This document shows, in pieces, positions 8,804-18,378 of a DNA stretch of 64,000 bases (the stretch's first letter is position 1; every line of letters begins with the position of its first letter). The position numbers and the translations under genes were made by a program. The notes under the pieces were generated by a model. That model was not told the DNA's origin and made no database searches. It saw nothing but the letters and a program-made list of their open reading frames with translations. The DNA is from Candidatus Latescibacterota bacterium (GTDB lineage: Bacteria; Latescibacterota; UBA2968). The stretch is taken from assembly GCA_965222605.1 (NCBI GenBank), contig OZ244960.1, forward strand, positions 1,376,001 to 1,440,000, written 5' to 3'.

Positions 8804-9874
8804 CTATCCCAAAAACTTCAGACAAACGGGCATGGGCACTTCCACGACATGCCCTGTCTCTGTCAACTTTCCGGTCTCTCGATCAATGGCGAAAGACACA
8901 ATCGTATCGCTACTCTGATTCTCTGCGAGCAAGTAGTTGCTATCGGGCGAAAGCGCGATATTGCGAGGCGTTTGTCCACCAGTGGAATGAATATCGACCA
9001 GCGTCAAATGACCGCTGGACTCATCAACCGCAAAAATGGCGACACTATCGTGACCGCGATTTGATCCATACACAAACAGGTCATCAGACGAAACGTGAAT
9101 ATCCGCCGTATGGCTCGTATCTGAAAAATTGCCGGGCAATGTGGCGATGGATTGCAACTCGGTTAACGCACCGGTCTCTGCATCATAGGCATACGCATTG
9201 ACGGTATTGCCAATTTCGTTGATCAGATAGGCGTATTGTCCCCCGGGGTGAAAAGCAAAATGGCGCGGACCCTGGCCCGGCGCGACAGATACAGACGGCG
9301 GGTCATTTGCAACGAGTTTGCCATTTTCGAGATCGAGCTCAAAAATCAACACCTTGTCCAAACCGAGATCGGCAACATAAACGCGTTTGTTATCCGGCGA
9401 AATATTCGCAGAATGGGCGTGGGGACCTTGCTGCCGTTGCGGATTGACACTACCGCCCTCGTGCTGAATAAAATCCGACGCCTCGCCCAACGCGCCGTCT
9501 TCCCCAATGGGCAACATACAGGTACTACCCCCGCCGTAATTTGCCACAACAGCATAACGACCCGTTGCATCGATATTCAAATGGCAGGGACCAGTACCCC
9601 TTGTCGATTGCCGGTTGATAAATGTGAGATCTGCGGCTTCTGCATCAATAGCAAACGCGCTAATCGCCCCGGCGCTCTCGCCATTGTATTCACTAATTTC
9701 ATTGACTGCATAGAGAAATCGTCCATTGGGATGAATGGCGAGAAATGTCGGATTCTCACTCTCGATGCTATTAGCCGGGGCGAGTTCACCGGTCTCGGTA
9801 TTGAATCGGTGAATGTAAATGCCTTTGCTACCAGTGCGGGTATAGGTACCAATAAAAGCGATGATATTGCTCAT
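8804..9874 (-). CDS. pgl: Lactonase family protein (6-phosphogluconolactonase, beta-propeller)
   Basis: FIGTYT, GPCH, ANYGGG, RQQGPHAH, DLGLD, GPRHFAFHP, YGSNRGHDS, TPRN motifs. Confidence 0.9.
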   Translation of the reverse strand: MSNIIAFIGTYTRTGSKGIYIHRFNTETGELAPANSIESENPTFLAIHPNGRFLYAVNEISEYNGESAGAISAFAIDAEAADLTFINRQSTRGTGPCHLNIDATGRYAVVANYGGGSTCMLPIGEDGALGEASDFIQHEGGSVNPQRQQGPHAHSANISPDNKRVYVADLGLDKVLIFELDLENGKLVANDPPSVSVAPGQGPRHFAFHPGGQYAYLINEIGNTVNAYAYDAETGALTELQSIATLPGNFSDTSHTADIHVSSDDLFVYGSNRGHDSVAIFAVDESSGHLTLVDIHSTGGQTPRNIALSPDSNYLLAENQSSDTIVSFAIDRETGKLTETGHVVEVPMPVCLKFLG

Positions 9875-9886
9875 GGAAAATCTCCT

Positions 9887-10981
9887 TTAACGACTTAAAA
9901 TATCGACGACCATATCGCCAAAATCACTGGTCGATAGAACATTTTTCGGATCGGTTATTTCCGAGGCAAGCTCAGAAGTGGCATATCCTCTTTCGAGAAT
10001 ATCAAACATAGCGTTCCACAAAGCGTCGGACTCCTCTTTGAGACCCAGACATTTATCCAGCAGAAATGCAATACTGCCAATCATCGAATAGGGATTGGCG
10101 ATATTTTGCCCCGCGATATCGGGTGCCGAGCCGTGCGCCGGTTCCACATAGCCCTTTTCAGGTCCCATACACGCCGAAGGCATCAGACCGAGAGAACCGA
10201 GCAAACCACCTGCCTGATCGGTGAGAATATCGCCCTGCATATTTTCCAAAAGCATAACCCCGTTGAATTGCGTGGGATTTTTGACAAGTTGAAAAGCCGC
10301 GTTGTCAACGATAATTGAGACGCACTCGACATCGTCGTATTCTCTTGCCATATCTTCGATAATCGCATCCCAAAGCCGGGATGTCGCCAGCACATTGGAT
10401 TTGTGAACATGGGTCATCTTGGTGCCGAGGCGTCGGGCTTCATCAAACGCAATCTTTCCAATAGCGCGCACCTGCTCTTCGGTATAAACACAATCATCAC
10501 GCGCGTATTTCATACCCGTGGCAGTACCTTCTTCTTTCTCACCAAAATAAATACCACCAACCAGTTCCCGAATCATGAGAATATCAATGCCCTCTCCGAC
10601 GACGCTATCGCGCAGGGGTGAAAATGACGCGAGGGACTTGGGCAGCCTGACCGGGCGATAATTGGCATACGTATTAAAACGCTTTCGCAAAGGCAGAATA
10701 GCACCGAGTTCTGGGCGCGACTCCTGTGGAATTTTCTTCGTCTCTTCAATGGAAAGCCCCACCGGACCTTTGATAATCGCGTCTGCCCGATCACACAGGG
10801 CTTTTGTCTCATCGGGAAATGGACTGCCCTCGTCAAAATACGACGCCGCACCAAAAGGCGCGTATTCCAGCACAAATTCGTGATCGAACTTTTTTTCAAT
10901 CGTGCGAAGAGCTTTAATCCCTTCGCGCATAATCTCTGGCCCAATGCCATCGCCTTCAAGCACGGCGAGGGTTTTTTTCAT
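9887..10981 (-). CDS. leuB: 3-isopropylmalate dehydrogenase
   Basis: GDGIGPE, RPE, LRK...ANYRP, RELVGGIYFG, VDNAAFQL, GDILTD, EPAHGSAPDIAG. Confidence 0.85.
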   Translation of the reverse strand: MKKTLAVLEGDGIGPEIMREGIKALRTIEKKFDHEFVLEYAPFGAASYFDEGSPFPDETKALCDRADAIIKGPVGLSIEETKKIPQESRPELGAILPLRKRFNTYANYRPVRLPKSLASFSPLRDSVVGEGIDILMIRELVGGIYFGEKEEGTATGMKYARDDCVYTEEQVRAIGKIAFDEARRLGTKMTHVHKSNVLATSRLWDAIIEDMAREYDDVECVSIIVDNAAFQLVKNPTQFNGVMLLENMQGDILTDQAGGLLGSLGLMPSACMGPEKGYVEPAHGSAPDIAGQNIANPYSMIGSIAFLLDKCLGLKEESDALWNAMFDILERGYATSELASEITDPKNVLSTSDFGDMVVDILSR

Positions 10982-11007
10982 GGTAAACCTTTCTGTTTAA
11001 TTAAAAA

Positions 11008-11754
11008 TTACGGATTAAGAACAGGACTAACCACCGATGCCGCCTCTCTATCTAAAATAAACGTACAATCTGAATGTGTCTGTAAAAAACTCGCCGGACA
11101 GGCCGGATGTTGGGCATCATGAACAGCGCGGGCAATCGCTCTCGCCTTATCCTTACCCGTCGCCAGAAGGAGAATGCGTTTCGCCTCGCAAATCGTCGCA
11201 ATCCCTGCGGTGAGTGCCTGTTTGGGCACATCTTCGAGACGATCAAAAAAGCGACTATTCGCCGCAATCGTGCTCTCGGTCAAATCGACCAGACGGGTGC
11301 GAGAATCGGACCCGCTGCCGGGCTCATTAAAAGCAATATGCCCATTGCGACCAATGCCGAGCAACCACAAATCCACACCGCCACACGCCCGTATCTTAGT
11401 TTCAAAAGCCTCGCACTCGAGATCGGCATCCACTGCCATGCCATTGGGTACATGCGTATTCCACAGTTGGATATCCGTACTCGCAAAAAACGTGTGATTC
11501 ATAAAATAGCGATAACTCTGCGGATACGTGCCATCAAGCCCCCAATACTCATCGAGATTAAAGGTGGTCAAGCGCGAAAAATTCAGACCCTCCCGATTTG
11601 CTCGCACGAGTTCGGCATACGTCCTCACCGGCGTTGACCCCGTCGCCAAACCGAGCACAGCATCTGGCTTCTGGCGAATAAGCGCGGCAATTTCCGATGC
11701 GGCGGCGCGGGCCACATCGTCGGGAGTATCGCAAATTTTCACTTGAATAGGCAT
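11008..11754 (-). CDS. nagB: Glucosamine-6-phosphate deaminase
   Basis: LGLATGSTP, FNLDEY, GIGRNGHIAFNEPGS, PASFLQTH. Confidence 0.95.
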   Translation of the reverse strand: MPIQVKICDTPDDVARAAASEIAALIRQKPDAVLGLATGSTPVRTYAELVRANREGLNFSRLTTFNLDEYWGLDGTYPQSYRYFMNHTFFASTDIQLWNTHVPNGMAVDADLECEAFETKIRACGGVDLWLLGIGRNGHIAFNEPGSGSDSRTRLVDLTESTIAANSRFFDRLEDVPKQALTAGIATICEAKRILLLATGKDKARAIARAVHDAQHPACPASFLQTHSDCTFILDREAASVVSPVLNP

Positions 11755-11763
11755 AGTTCGAAA

Positions 11764-13308
11764 TCACGCTCGGCGCAGCACCTGGCCGGGCAACGCACCT
11801 GTGGGTTCCCCATTAGCAATGACAGACTGACCATTGACAATAACATGCGAAATACCGACTGGCGGCAGCGTGGGGTTTTCAAAAGTAGATCTTGCAGCCA
11901 CCGTATCGGGATCAAAAACAACGAGATCCGCAGCCTTGCCCACAGCGAGTTCGCCCCGGTCGGGAATATTGAAACGCCGCGCGGGAAAACCGCTCATCTT
12001 GTAGATCGCTTCCTCAAAGGTCAGCAACTCGCGCTCGCGCACAAAATGCCCCAGCACGCGCGCAAAACACCCAAAACCCCGCGGATGTGGATGCGGAATA
12101 TTAAAAATGCCATCACTGGCAATCATCATACGCGGATGTGTGGCCGTGCGCGTCACAGTCTGCGCGGCATCTTTGGGATCAACCTGCCAGGGAAAAATAA
12201 CAGCATGGTATTCGCGCTCCCGAAGCATCAGATCGTAAGCAAAATCTTCGATAGATGTATTTGCCCGAGCCGCGAGATCGCACAGGCGTTCTCCCGCGTA
12301 CTTGCCCGAGGCAGTGTAACCCACGATTTGATCGCCGCGCCCGAGCCATGTTTTCAGTTCGGCGACGGACTCAGCGCGAATACCCGCGTCTTGAAGACGC
12401 GCGTTGACCTCATCTGGGCTACCGACCTGAAATTTCATGGGCAACATCAGGTACAAATGGGTCATCCCTGCCGGATAGAGATAAGATTCAAATGTCAAAT
12501 CGATATCTTCGCGCTCGATTCTTTCCAGCAAATCGGCATTCTCGTCATTGACCCGCTCGTGCGAGATATGAACTGGGATATTTGCAGCGCGGGAAAGCGC
12601 GATGGTCTCTTCCCATGCGGCAACGCGCCCAATCGTGTGATAGCGCACATGAGCCGCGTAAATACCCCCGTATTCCGCTGCGACTTTGCAAAGAGCAACA
12701 AGCTCCCGAAAATCAGCATTGGCACTCGGCTGATAATCCAGACCCAGATTGAGCGCGCCAGCCCCCGCCTCCATCCATTGGCGCGTGAGATCCGCCATTT
12801 GTACAATCTCATCATCTGTTGCTGACCGCGCATCCCATCCACATGCAGACAAGCGAACCGCGCAATGAGGAACTTGCGGATACACATTTGCCGCGCTGTT
12901 ATTGGGAAATAAACGCAAATAATCCTCAGGCGTTTGCCAGCCGATTGGTATATCGACATCGCCAACAGAAAAGCGCGTATATGCCCACAATTCGCGCGTG
13001 CGATCGGGCGACAGACCCGTCCACCCAAACCCATCGGGCGTCAAAAGTTGCGTGGTAATACCCTGCTGCACTTCGGCATAACGGTGAACACCTGTGAGAA
13101 GGGCGATCTCCGAGTGGACATGCACATCGATAAAACCGGGACAGACGATATGTCCCGTCGCATCAATAACCATATCGGCCTCTGCCTGAGACAAATCGCC
13201 AATAGCTTCAATGCGATCCCTGCAAATGCCAACATCCGCCCGAAAACCGGGCGTTCGGCCCGTGCCGTCTATCACTGTGCTGTTGCGAATGAGGAGATCA
13301 AAAGTCAC
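11764..13308 (-). CDS. N-acyl-D-amino-acid deacylase family amidohydrolase
   Basis: PGFIDVHVHSE, QGITT, HISH, SDG, PHPRGFGCFAR, RGELAVGKAADLVVFDP; GTG start. Confidence 0.9.
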   Translation of the reverse strand: MTFDLLIRNSTVIDGTGRTPGFRADVGICRDRIEAIGDLSQAEADMVIDATGHIVCPGFIDVHVHSEIALLTGVHRYAEVQQGITTQLLTPDGFGWTGLSPDRTRELWAYTRFSVGDVDIPIGWQTPEDYLRLFPNNSAANVYPQVPHCAVRLSACGWDARSATDDEIVQMADLTRQWMEAGAGALNLGLDYQPSANADFRELVALCKVAAEYGGIYAAHVRYHTIGRVAAWEETIALSRAANIPVHISHERVNDENADLLERIEREDIDLTFESYLYPAGMTHLYLMLPMKFQVGSPDEVNARLQDAGIRAESVAELKTWLGRGDQIVGYTASGKYAGERLCDLAARANTSIEDFAYDLMLREREYHAVIFPWQVDPKDAAQTVTRTATHPRMMIASDGIFNIPHPHPRGFGCFARVLGHFVRERELLTFEEAIYKMSGFPARRFNIPDRGELAVGKAADLVVFDPDTVAARSTFENPTLPPVGISHVIVNGQSVIANGEPTGALPGQVLRRA

Positions 13309-13311
13309 TTT

Positions 13312-15240
13312 TTACCACCTGTTGAGTTTGTGTCCATCGCCTGGAAAAAAAAGCGCATCTACAACAACGCCCAATGCAATACCGGCAATTTGACCGGCCA
13401 GCATCCCCAGAAACAAAGGCGCGATTTTGCGATAGTATTCGAGACCGCCAAATTTGAGCACGAGTGATTTGATCGCCCAGATAAAGAAAATAGAAAAAAA
13501 GCTACTCCGCAAGACGCCCGACGATGAAATCGTAAATCCAATCGGATGAATAGGAAAGTGGGGAAAACGATAGCGAATGTAGAGCAATATACCTGTAAAA
13601 GCGGCGCCAATACCCAAAAAACGCACGCGATTCCAGTCCGTACTCATCGTCCCGGCGTGTACGCGGTTGGCGGTATAAGCCCACGAACCCACGGCACCGT
13701 CACCGGACCCATTAAAACTAACCACCCCAAAATTATAGCTGCCAATACCGTAATAACCCTGATAAAGGGTAAACGCAATAACAGTGGTCGCGCCGATCAA
13801 AGCACCTGTGGCAATCGCGGGAACAAAAGCGCGGCGGCGTTCGGCGGGCACAACAGCGGCCAGACGCGGAACATGCGCGAGTGTTGTAATCGCAAATGTT
13901 TTGGCATCACAAAAAAATGTGTAAGTCAGCCCCAGTGCAACCGCACTCGGTGCCCCCATACCCGCAATACCCAGTACGTGCCAGGTAAATGCCTGAGCAG
14001 TAATAGGACCGCGCAAAAAGACCAGGCCACTCTCGGCAATAATATGCGAAAGACCGAGATAGAGAATCAGCGTGGCACCCCAAAAGGTGAGTAAAGTAAG
14101 GACATTCATACCCGATTGCACGAGAAAGAAAACCATGTATATACTGCACAAGATCAGAATAATAAATGCCGTGCGGTAGGATAAAAGTTCCCCCCCATCA
14201 TCTATCTGCGCGTTGCGAGACCACACCTTGTGCCAGACATCGCGCAAATGTGCGCGCGCCATCCACAGCCCCCACAAAACGAGAATAATAAAACCGCCAA
14301 AACTCTGCCACCCAATAGCCGGGGCCATAGAACACCACATATCGGAAGCGCCAAAATCCAATCCAAAGCGATTGAAAATGCCAACCTGAAAAATGGCGAG
14401 CAGGTGAAAAAACCAGATGCTGTATAACACATCTGATTTCGTAAAATAGGCAAATGCAATCGTCATCGGTTGAAAGACAAACCACAGCGGTGGGAAACCG
14501 CGACCAATGGGGATATTGATCTGCCTCATAACATCCAAACGGGGCAAAGCCGTGATAAACCATGAGGCGACATTCCAGCAGAAAATGCCAAAAATGAGCG
14601 CAAATCCAATCTGAAAAAAGCGCGAGCGAATAAGGTTGGCAAACGCATCTTTTGAATCAGACGTACCCGTCAGCTCGAGAAGTGCCGTGGCAATGGGAAA
14701 CGAGAGCCGTTCGTGTTCCATCCACTGTTTGCGAAGGAGAATGACCACACAGAAATTGGCGAGAAATACAGCACCCAAAAATAGGACCCAGCCGGGAAAA
14801 AACGAGATCCATGCATTCCAGGGAAAAGGGGCACCGGGCGGTAGCCCTTCGTAAAATCCCGTAGCCGCAGCGCGGTCTGTCAGCACATTCCACTCGGCAA
14901 AATACGGCCACAGCCTTTCTGCCCACATATTTTGTGTTGAAGCGAAATAAATGGGCGCAGTAACAACGCCGAGGAAATAACCCGAAAGCCACTCGCCTTG
15001 CATATTGGCAGCCACCATGCCCATGCTACATATCGCGATAAGTTCAAAGGATGAGAGACCCCTGAATCTGTGCGAAAAGATGTAATTGAAAGCGAGCACG
15101 GCAAAAAAGGGGATGAGAAAAGCCACTGACAGATGGGCAAAATCCCCACGAGAAGAACGCAGAATCAGGCTGCTATATGCAGGCCAAAAATTCACCCAAA
15201 CAGATAGACAAAGGCCAATGATGAGAGCGCGAATGGTCAT
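13312..15240 (-). CDS. DUF6785/DUF6784-type polytopic membrane protein, paralogue 2
   Basis: MTIRALIIG start; LRKQWMEHERLSFP, AESG, FPIHPIGF, PLFLG, PGDGH; first gene of a tightly spaced - strand run ending at the sulfatase. Confidence 0.75.
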   Translation of the reverse strand: MTIRALIIGLCLSVWVNFWPAYSSLILRSSRGDFAHLSVAFLIPFFAVLAFNYIFSHRFRGLSSFELIAICSMGMVAANMQGEWLSGYFLGVVTAPIYFASTQNMWAERLWPYFAEWNVLTDRAAATGFYEGLPPGAPFPWNAWISFFPGWVLFLGAVFLANFCVVILLRKQWMEHERLSFPIATALLELTGTSDSKDAFANLIRSRFFQIGFALIFGIFCWNVASWFITALPRLDVMRQINIPIGRGFPPLWFVFQPMTIAFAYFTKSDVLYSIWFFHLLAIFQVGIFNRFGLDFGASDMWCSMAPAIGWQSFGGFIILVLWGLWMARAHLRDVWHKVWSRNAQIDDGGELLSYRTAFIILILCSIYMVFFLVQSGMNVLTLLTFWGATLILYLGLSHIIAESGLVFLRGPITAQAFTWHVLGIAGMGAPSAVALGLTYTFFCDAKTFAITTLAHVPRLAAVVPAERRRAFVPAIATGALIGATTVIAFTLYQGYYGIGSYNFGVVSFNGSGDGAVGSWAYTANRVHAGTMSTDWNRVRFLGIGAAFTGILLYIRYRFPHFPIHPIGFTISSSGVLRSSFFSIFFIWAIKSLVLKFGGLEYYRKIAPLFLGMLAGQIAGIALGVVVDALFFPGDGHKLNRW

Positions 15241-15347
15241 AGGGCACAAAATATGAAGAGAAGATTGAGACCAAAAAAACGGGCGTCTATGATAACACGG
15301 AAGATAGGGCTGGTCAAGCTGAGTGAGGGGCTGGAACTGTTGGGTGG

Positions 15348-15404
15348 CCCTCTCACCCCTCGCCTTTGGGTGAGAGGGGTAAATGGCTACTGACCACTGG
15401 CTAC
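15348..15404. repeat. REP-like palindrome plus heptamer repeat
   Basis: CCCTCTCACCC-TCGCCTTT-GGGTGAGAGGG followed by TGGCTAC-TGACCAC-TGGCTAC. Confidence 0.6.
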
Positions 15405-16315
15405 TATTTCAATGCCAGATCATCGAGCCATTGTGCCACGCTGTGTTGATTGCCCTGGATAAAAACAGGCGCAAGAGATCCACGGGCGTGCAGGGCGTGG
15501 ATGAGGCGGTCAATGGCGATGAGTTGCTCACCGGGGGTTTTGCACCGAGGCCATTGGCTCACAAATTGGCGAATGGGCGCGAGATTTCCCGTGTGTGCAT
15601 ATCTGTCGTATTGTTTTTTCCACGATTGCCATGTGAAAGCGTGACCACATGCCGCGCAGTTTAAGTATTCGACCTTGCGTTTCTGCCGTTTTGTGAAAGC
15701 CTGCCATTTTTTTTCATAACCACAGTGCGTGCAACAAAACATAGCGGACTTGTGTTGGCCTTGCCTTTTGCATTTGGGACATGTGAGATTCCAATGAGAA
15801 GACGCCTTTTTTGTATTGGATGATCCCGATTTTGAAGATGGTGGCTTGCGTAAGGTGTTGCTACAATGCGGGCAAGGGAGTCGTACGCGGTGTTTGATGG
15901 ATTGACGATATTTCTGCCATGTCCAGATCTGTTTGCAGGAAGAACAGGTGAGCGTGTTAGTGCTATAATTCCATGCCAATATTTTGCGACAATCAAAGCA
16001 ACGCGGGTGGTTGCGAAGTGCGTCTCTGCAGTCGCGCCAGGTTACTTTTTCGGCACAGATTGGACATGAAAATTGTGATGTGGATGGTTGAGCAGATGGT
16101 CGTTGCCGATAGAAGTTCCGCCGATAGACAATTTGGTCGCACTGTGGACAGGGTACTTGACCTCGCATGGCCTGTCCAAACATCAAGACTGCTTCGCCGC
16201 GTGCGTAGAGGCCCCACCCAATGTGCAGGAGTTTGTCTTCATCGAAAATACCATGGCGTATGCACTGGTAGAGTTGGCGGACGCGCCATGGTTTAAGACG
16301 AGGTACCCATTGCAT
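15404..16315 (-). CDS. Hypothetical basic multi-zinc-ribbon protein (8 CxxC)
   Basis: CPQC, CPIC, CFDC, CSSC, CPHC, CPKC, CTHC, CAAC; start ATG16315 (or 16321) after AAGGA. Confidence 0.75.
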   Translation of the reverse strand: MQWVPRLKPWRVRQLYQCIRHGIFDEDKLLHIGWGLYARGEAVLMFGQAMRGQVPCPQCDQIVYRRNFYRQRPSAQPSTSQFSCPICAEKVTWRDCRDALRNHPRCFDCRKILAWNYSTNTLTCSSCKQIWTWQKYRQSIKHRVRLPCPHCSNTLRKPPSSKSGSSNTKKASSHWNLTCPKCKRQGQHKSAMFCCTHCGYEKKWQAFTKRQKRKVEYLNCAACGHAFTWQSWKKQYDRYAHTGNLAPIRQFVSQWPRCKTPGEQLIAIDRLIHALHARGSLAPVFIQGNQHSVAQWLDDLALK

Positions 16316-16413
16316 GGTCATATCCTTTGTTTGTCGCGTAAAGAGGAGGTTCTGATTTGAAGATACAGCGCAAAAAGTCCTCGCACAAGTCCCCCCCTTC
16401 CTACGCCGATACC

Positions 16414-16442
16414 TTGACAAGAGAGAAATGGCGATTTATCAT
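16414..16442 (+). promoter_or_regulatory. Sigma70 promoter of creatininase operon
   Basis: TTGACA-17 nt-TATCAT, 45 nt upstream of ATG16488. Confidence 0.7.
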
Positions 16443-16487
16443 GAGCGTCCCACCATTCAGCAGCAGTACACATAGACGAGGCTTATT

Positions 16488-17267
16488 ATGCGCCAGAATT
16501 TCTCGGGCATCCTGGAAGAAATGACCATTGACGACGTGCGAGCACTCGCGCCCAATGTAGCGGTCATCCCCATAGGCTCCACTGAACCACACGGACTTGC
16601 ACTGCCCTATGGAACGGACAGCTTTCAAGTGGAATACGTCGCTTACGGGGGCACGCGCAAAGCCAATGAATTGGGCGGACGCATCGTGTGTTTGCCCACA
16701 CAGAGGATGAGCTTAAACAACAATTTTCGCGCCTTTCCATTTGCGTGCCGCATGCAAGTACCCACATTTATGAACCTATTAAAAGACCTCGTGGCAATGT
16801 GCCGTGCGGAAAATGTACACCGCATTGTATTCATCAATGGTCACGGCGGCAACCCCGACGTCATCCGCGCAGTACAGCGCGATTTGGCCGCACAAGATAA
16901 CCTCTTCACATGCTTGATCAGCACGGGATCCTGTGCATCGGAAGACGCAAAAGCCATTTGGGAAAATCGCAGCGATCACGCCGGCGAAGAAGAAACCTCC
17001 CAAATCATGTTCTTGCGCCCCGAACTCGTGCGCGAAAACCTGATTACCAACAACCCTCCCCAATATCCCAAACTGAAAACACTACGGGAATTTAACATAG
17101 ACTTTGTGCGCCCCTGGCATTTGTATCTGCCCGCATCTGCTGGCGGCGATGCGCGAAAAGCCTCAGCACAAAAAGGCGAGACCGTCTTAAACTCAGCCGT
17201 GGAAGGAACCGGGCGATTCCTAACCGAACTATCACAGGCAGAGGACTCAGAGACGTTTCCTTATTGA
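16488..17267 (+). CDS. Creatininase family amidohydrolase
   Basis: PIGSTEPHGLALPYGTD, NGHGGN, DHAGEEETS, ASAQKG. Confidence 0.9.
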   Translation: MRQNFSGILEEMTIDDVRALAPNVAVIPIGSTEPHGLALPYGTDSFQVEYVAYGGTRKANELGGRIVCLPTQRMSLNNNFRAFPFACRMQVPTFMNLLKDLVAMCRAENVHRIVFINGHGGNPDVIRAVQRDLAAQDNLFTCLISTGSCASEDAKAIWENRSDHAGEEETSQIMFLRPELVRENLITNNPPQYPKLKTLREFNIDFVRPWHLYLPASAGGDARKASAQKGETVLNSAVEGTGRFLTELSQAEDSETFPY

Positions 17268-17289
17268 TCTCATAGAAAGGACCTTACAA

Positions 17290-18378
17290 ATGATCACCTA
17301 CGACACACTCGGCGTAAAACCATTTATCAACGCGAGTGGCACCATTACCACACTCGGCGGTAGCTTAATGCCAGATGAAGTGCTGGAGGCGATGTGCGTG
17401 GCGGGAGGGTCATTTGTCGATTTGAACGACCTGCTTGTAAAAGCAGGTGAATATCTGGCAAAACGCATTGGCGTACCTGCGGCCTTTATTTCGTGTGGCG
17501 CCGCCAGCGGTGTACAATTATCCGCTGCGGCGTGTTTGACAGGACCTGACATAACAAAAGCGCGCCAGTTGCCACATACACAGGGATGGAAAAACGAATT
17601 TGTAATCAGCCTGGTCGATAGCCATACGTACATCCATCAGGGCATTGAAGTCTGCGGTGGCAAACTCGTGCGGGTTGGCAGCGAACATGCGGTAACCAGT
17701 GAAGACCTCATTGGCGGAATCGGTGAAAAAACAGCGGCTGTGGTACATTTCCTGGGCAAACAGAGCAAAGAACAGCTTGCAGAAATCATTGTCGGCGCCA
17801 AAAAAAAAGGCGTACCCGTCATGGTAGATGCGGCTGCACAGTTGCCTCCCCGTTCAAACTTAACCGAATTCGTCGAAATGGGCGCAAGCCTGGTGACATT
17901 CAGCGGCGGCAAAGGATTGTGCGGGCCTCAAAACAGCGGTCTGGTCGTGGGCAAAGAGGATTACGTAGAAGCCGTGCGGATCAATGCGAGTCCACATTCG
18001 GCCATTGGACGCGGCATGAAAGTAGGCAAAGAAGAGCTCCTGGGATTAATCGCGGCTGTAGATCTGTTTTTGAGCCGAAGCGATCGCGAAGATCACCAGC
18101 GCTGGCACGGACAAGCTCGCGTTGTCGTAGATGCGGTCAAACATATCGCAAACGCTTATGTGATGACCGAAGGACAGGACGCCGCGCCCGAGTTCGCGCC
18201 GCGCGCATACATAGACCTGCCGGATGAACAGCGCGATGCCGTGATACATGCATTAAAAGAAGGCGAGCCGTCAATTGTCGTGCGGCGAAGTGCCAGAGGG
18301 ATTTTGATCGACCCGATGACCATGCAAATGGGTGAAGAGGCCGTAGTCGCTAAAAAATTGCAGGAGGTATTGACATGA
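17290..18378 (+). CDS. SelA-like PLP-dependent enzyme (DgaE / D-glucosaminate-6-P ammonia-lyase-like)
   Basis: INASGTITTLGGS, VDAAAQ, FSGGKGLCGPQ, IGRGMKVGKEE; 362 aa, lacking the N-terminal domain of true SelA. Confidence 0.85.
   Translation: MITYDTLGVKPFINASGTITTLGGSLMPDEVLEAMCVAGGSFVDLNDLLVKAGEYLAKRIGVPAAFISCGAASGVQLSAAACLTGPDITKARQLPHTQGWKNEFVISLVDSHTYIHQGIEVCGGKLVRVGSEHAVTSEDLIGGIGEKTAAVVHFLGKQSKEQLAEIIVGAKKKGVPVMVDAAAQLPPRSNLTEFVEMGASLVTFSGGKGLCGPQNSGLVVGKEDYVEAVRINASPHSAIGRGMKVGKEELLGLIAAVDLFLSRSDREDHQRWHGQARVVVDAVKHIANAYVMTEGQDAAPEFAPRAYIDLPDEQRDAVIHALKEGEPSIVVRRSARGILIDPMTMQMGEEAVVAKKLQEVLT

Noticed and set aside
17290-18378. True selenocysteine synthase SelA supporting the Sec-ArsC
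   Set aside because: It is short, lacks the SelA N-terminal domain, has FSGGK and GRGMKVGKEE of the DgaE-like clade rather than FSGDK, and has no selB neighbour. It is not evidence for Sec machinery.
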